Assembly: GCA_022813965.1 (NCBI GenBank)
Contig: JALDZS010000240.1
Span: 1 to 32,163, forward strand
Direction: 5' to 3'
DNA from: Toensbergia leucococca
Lineage: Eukaryota
Length of the DNA stretch: 32,163 nt
In this document: positions 30,192 to 32,163 of the stretch, one piece after another
Layout: each line of letters opens with the position of its first letter
Numbering within the stretch: the stretch's first letter is position 1
The notes under the pieces: model-generated
Databases searched by the model: none
What the model saw: only the letters and a program-made list of their open reading frames with translations
Told to the model about the DNA's origin: nothing
Position numbers and translations under genes: made by a program

Positions 30192-31959
30192 CTACTGGCC
30201 TCTTCTAGGCCTTGCACTCGCTGCGGTGATCGTGATCTCCGCCTTTTGGGGCCTTTTTGGTGGTTGTTTTTCGGGTTGTTTTTGGGGTTGTTTTTAAGGT
30301 TGTTTTTCGAGTTGTTGAGGCTGTTTTTGGGGTTGTTTTCGGGGTTGTTTTTCAGGTTGTTTTTCAAGTTGTTTTTGAGGTTGTTTTTCGAGTTCCCGTC
30401 TTGAGGGGGGTGGAGTCAATGACTCCGGAGTGGGAGTCCTAGGATTATATTCCATTCAGAATTCAGAGGAAGATGAGGAAGAGGAGGAGAAGGAGGATGA
30501 TAATGATGATGATGATGATGATGAGAAGGAGATGGAGTGAAGGGTTTTGCTGTTCTAGGGGGGGATGGCTCAAAAACATCATCTGAAAAGGCCTGCAATT
30601 CCCTTCACATAGCGAGCTGATTTTTTCCTTCTTTTGATCGAGAGTCAACATCAAGTCTTCCTTCCTTATACTCATTTTCATGATCATGGCGCAATGTCTA
30701 GGCATTCACTCAATTCAAGCCTGAATAGTCTTCTGAGGTAATTCATTTCATGCCCTAGTCCAGACTTTCTTTGCGATAAGATGATTTTCAGGCGGTCCTT
30801 TTTTCGTTGTTTCCTTCTTCATATGAAATCAACAAGGTTCTATCATGTTAAGATCAGGTGAGTTTCCTGATCAAAGAAGACGTAGAATCTTAGCATTCAT
30901 AAAAACTCTGTGCTGATGTTGAGAAGCATGAGATCTGACTTCATCCTTCTGTACGATCATCAGCATACCTAACTCTTTTTCACACTTCTGAGCAAAGGGA
31001 ATTAACAAGGTTTTGAGAATCAATTGTTGATAGCGATATCAGTCAATCCCCCCCCTTGAATTGCGTATCATCTTTTCTGTATTCTTTTTGAACTTTCATG
31101 TGAGCTTTATACCAGGAAGGTTTTGTAAGAAAAGATGTGTCAATTCATTAGTGATTTCTCATCGTCATTTCATTTTCAGCTTCAATTCCTCATTTCTTTT
31201 CTTAAGATCTTGAACAGAGGCCTTCTTTTCTTTTGCAGTTTCTGAGAACCAGCAATGCATAGGACCTTGTCTTCAGTCAGTCTTTTTTTCTACTATTGAA
31301 GGATCAAACATACCCTTTCTATCATAACAGAAGGAGCCTCAAAACATAAATTCTGAGCTTCCTTTTCATCTATTCTGAATAGTAGCTGAAGTCAGCTGAG
31401 GATTGCGGCCTTCTGCTACAGTTCTTCATACCTGTACATTCCCTCTTCTCTGTTCTAGAATCACACTTGCTTCATCTGTTCAGATTACACGCTTTCAGTC
31501 ATTCAGTGTTCAGTTCTTATGTTTTATTGCAAATTGAAGGTGAGTCAATTTCATCTTTGCTGTAAGATCAGGCTTCTTTTTAGGCTTACATTTTTTATAT
31601 CCCTTTCCCTTAAGAGCCCGTTCAATTGTCTGTTTAACTACATCAAGTTCACTAGCCAGCTGAGTGGTTGTTTTCTCACGTTCATAGCGGTCTCTTGTAA
31701 TAAGAGACAGAAGTTTTGCTATTAATTTCAATGTTGCCTTGAGAGGACGGCCTGATCAAGGTGCATCAGTGAGATACTCATCTTTAAGAATAAAAGATAT
31801 AGATGAGTTGAATTCATGATCTCTAGCTTTCTTCCTCATCTCATATAGATAACTTCTTGAGAATTCAGTATAAGTGATTACTGAATTGATATTTATCTCA
31901 TACTTCAGCAAGGCCAACGCTTGCGCTCTCTCTGCAAGACTAGTATGATGATTGAGCAT
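30192..31959 (-). pseudogene. Tc1 transposase pseudogene (DD34E) with a 48-nt intron (31313-31266) and a low-complexity C-terminal extension
   Basis: DAP*SGRP, KKPDLT, VI*TDE (D at 31476), FMF*GSF, GGID*YRY, VQKD (D at 30945) and *SGNSPDLNMIE (E at 30840; 34 residues between D and E). 16 in-frame TGA and no frameshift until about 30680. Confidence 0.93.
30262..30392. repeat. 12-bp minisatellite (GGTTGTTTTTNN) x ~11 inside the Tc1 element; a (GAT)n tract follows at ~30497-30523
   Basis: Direct reading. On the minus strand it translates as KQP(E/Q) repeats. Confidence 0.9.
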
Positions 31960-32163
31960 GAAACATGATAGGCTACAAAAGAACGTCAAAATGACGAAAA
32001 ACCCTTGAGGAACCATGGTTTGATGAGGAAAATGGAATAGAATTAGGAAAATGCAATAGAATTGGGAAAGTTCTATTGTGGGGGCTAGGAATCCCTGTAG
32101 ACGCTAGGTTTTAGCGTGTCCGATTACTTTTGGACCACGTCCCCGTAGTGCTACTTTTATTAT

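Larger units (their letters stand above)
30029..32145 (-). mobile_element. Full-length Tc1/mariner DNA transposon (Tc1, DD34E), 2117 bp, 57-bp TIRs, TA target-site duplication
   Basis: 30029-30085 (CGGAGACGTGGTCCAAAAGTAATCGGACACGCTAAAACCTAGCGTCTACAGGGATTC) equals the reverse complement of 32089-32145 with one mismatch. TA at 30027-30028 and 32146-32147. Encloses a transposase relic. Confidence 0.96.

Noticed and set aside
30690..31959. Transposase readable with TGA=Trp (alternative or mitochondrial code, or a NUMT)
   Set aside because: At least two TGAs sit at Arg positions (DAP*SGRP, IE*MP), two TGG remain, and Gly codons show parallel G>A changes. Neighbouring nuclear genes use TGA as stop. 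Mutation explains it better.
1..32163. Starship/captain tyrosine recombinase, secondary-metabolite backbone gene, tRNA or rRNA genes
   Set aside because: No DUF3435 recombinase, PKS/NRPS/terpene synthase motifs or structured RNA genes were recognised by eye. A covariance-model search was not possible.

Overview
Nuclear DNA of a filamentous ascomycete (Pezizomycotina). Evidence: short spliceosomal introns with CTRAC branch sites, a HET-domain gene, PMT4 and ATP synthase subunit e. A lichen-forming lineage is only a guess. Intact-looking genes: a salicylate-hydroxylase-like FAD monooxygenase (one GC-AG intron), a conserved hypothetical protein, a 13-exon ACS/Dal5-type MFS transporter, a membrane-anchored pepsin-fold protein with degenerate catalytic motifs, a HET-domain protein, a small Cys/His protein with an acidic tail, an F-box-like protein, PMT4 and ATP21/TIM11. 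Damaged genes: a cyclase/kynurenine-formamidase-like gene that is intact except for one UAG at an expected Trp, two fossil DHA1 MFS genes and at least one more pseudogene. Mobile DNA: an LTR-retroelement relic at the left edge, a 156-bp hairpin MITE, and a complete 2117-bp Tc1 (DD34E) element with 57-bp TIRs, TA target duplication and an intron. Three signals stand out. (1) A RIP-like hypermutation hits CpC and CpG but largely spares CpA: all 16 in-frame stops in the transposase core are TGA. (2) A diverged inverted repeat pair (about 11.7-12.0 kb and 17.4-17.8 kb) brackets the cyclase-MITE-HET block and shows the same spectrum directly. (3) The lone UAG in the cyclase gene is a candidate for restorative A-to-I editing. 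Exon boundaries were read by eye, and family assignments rest on recognised motifs, not database searches.
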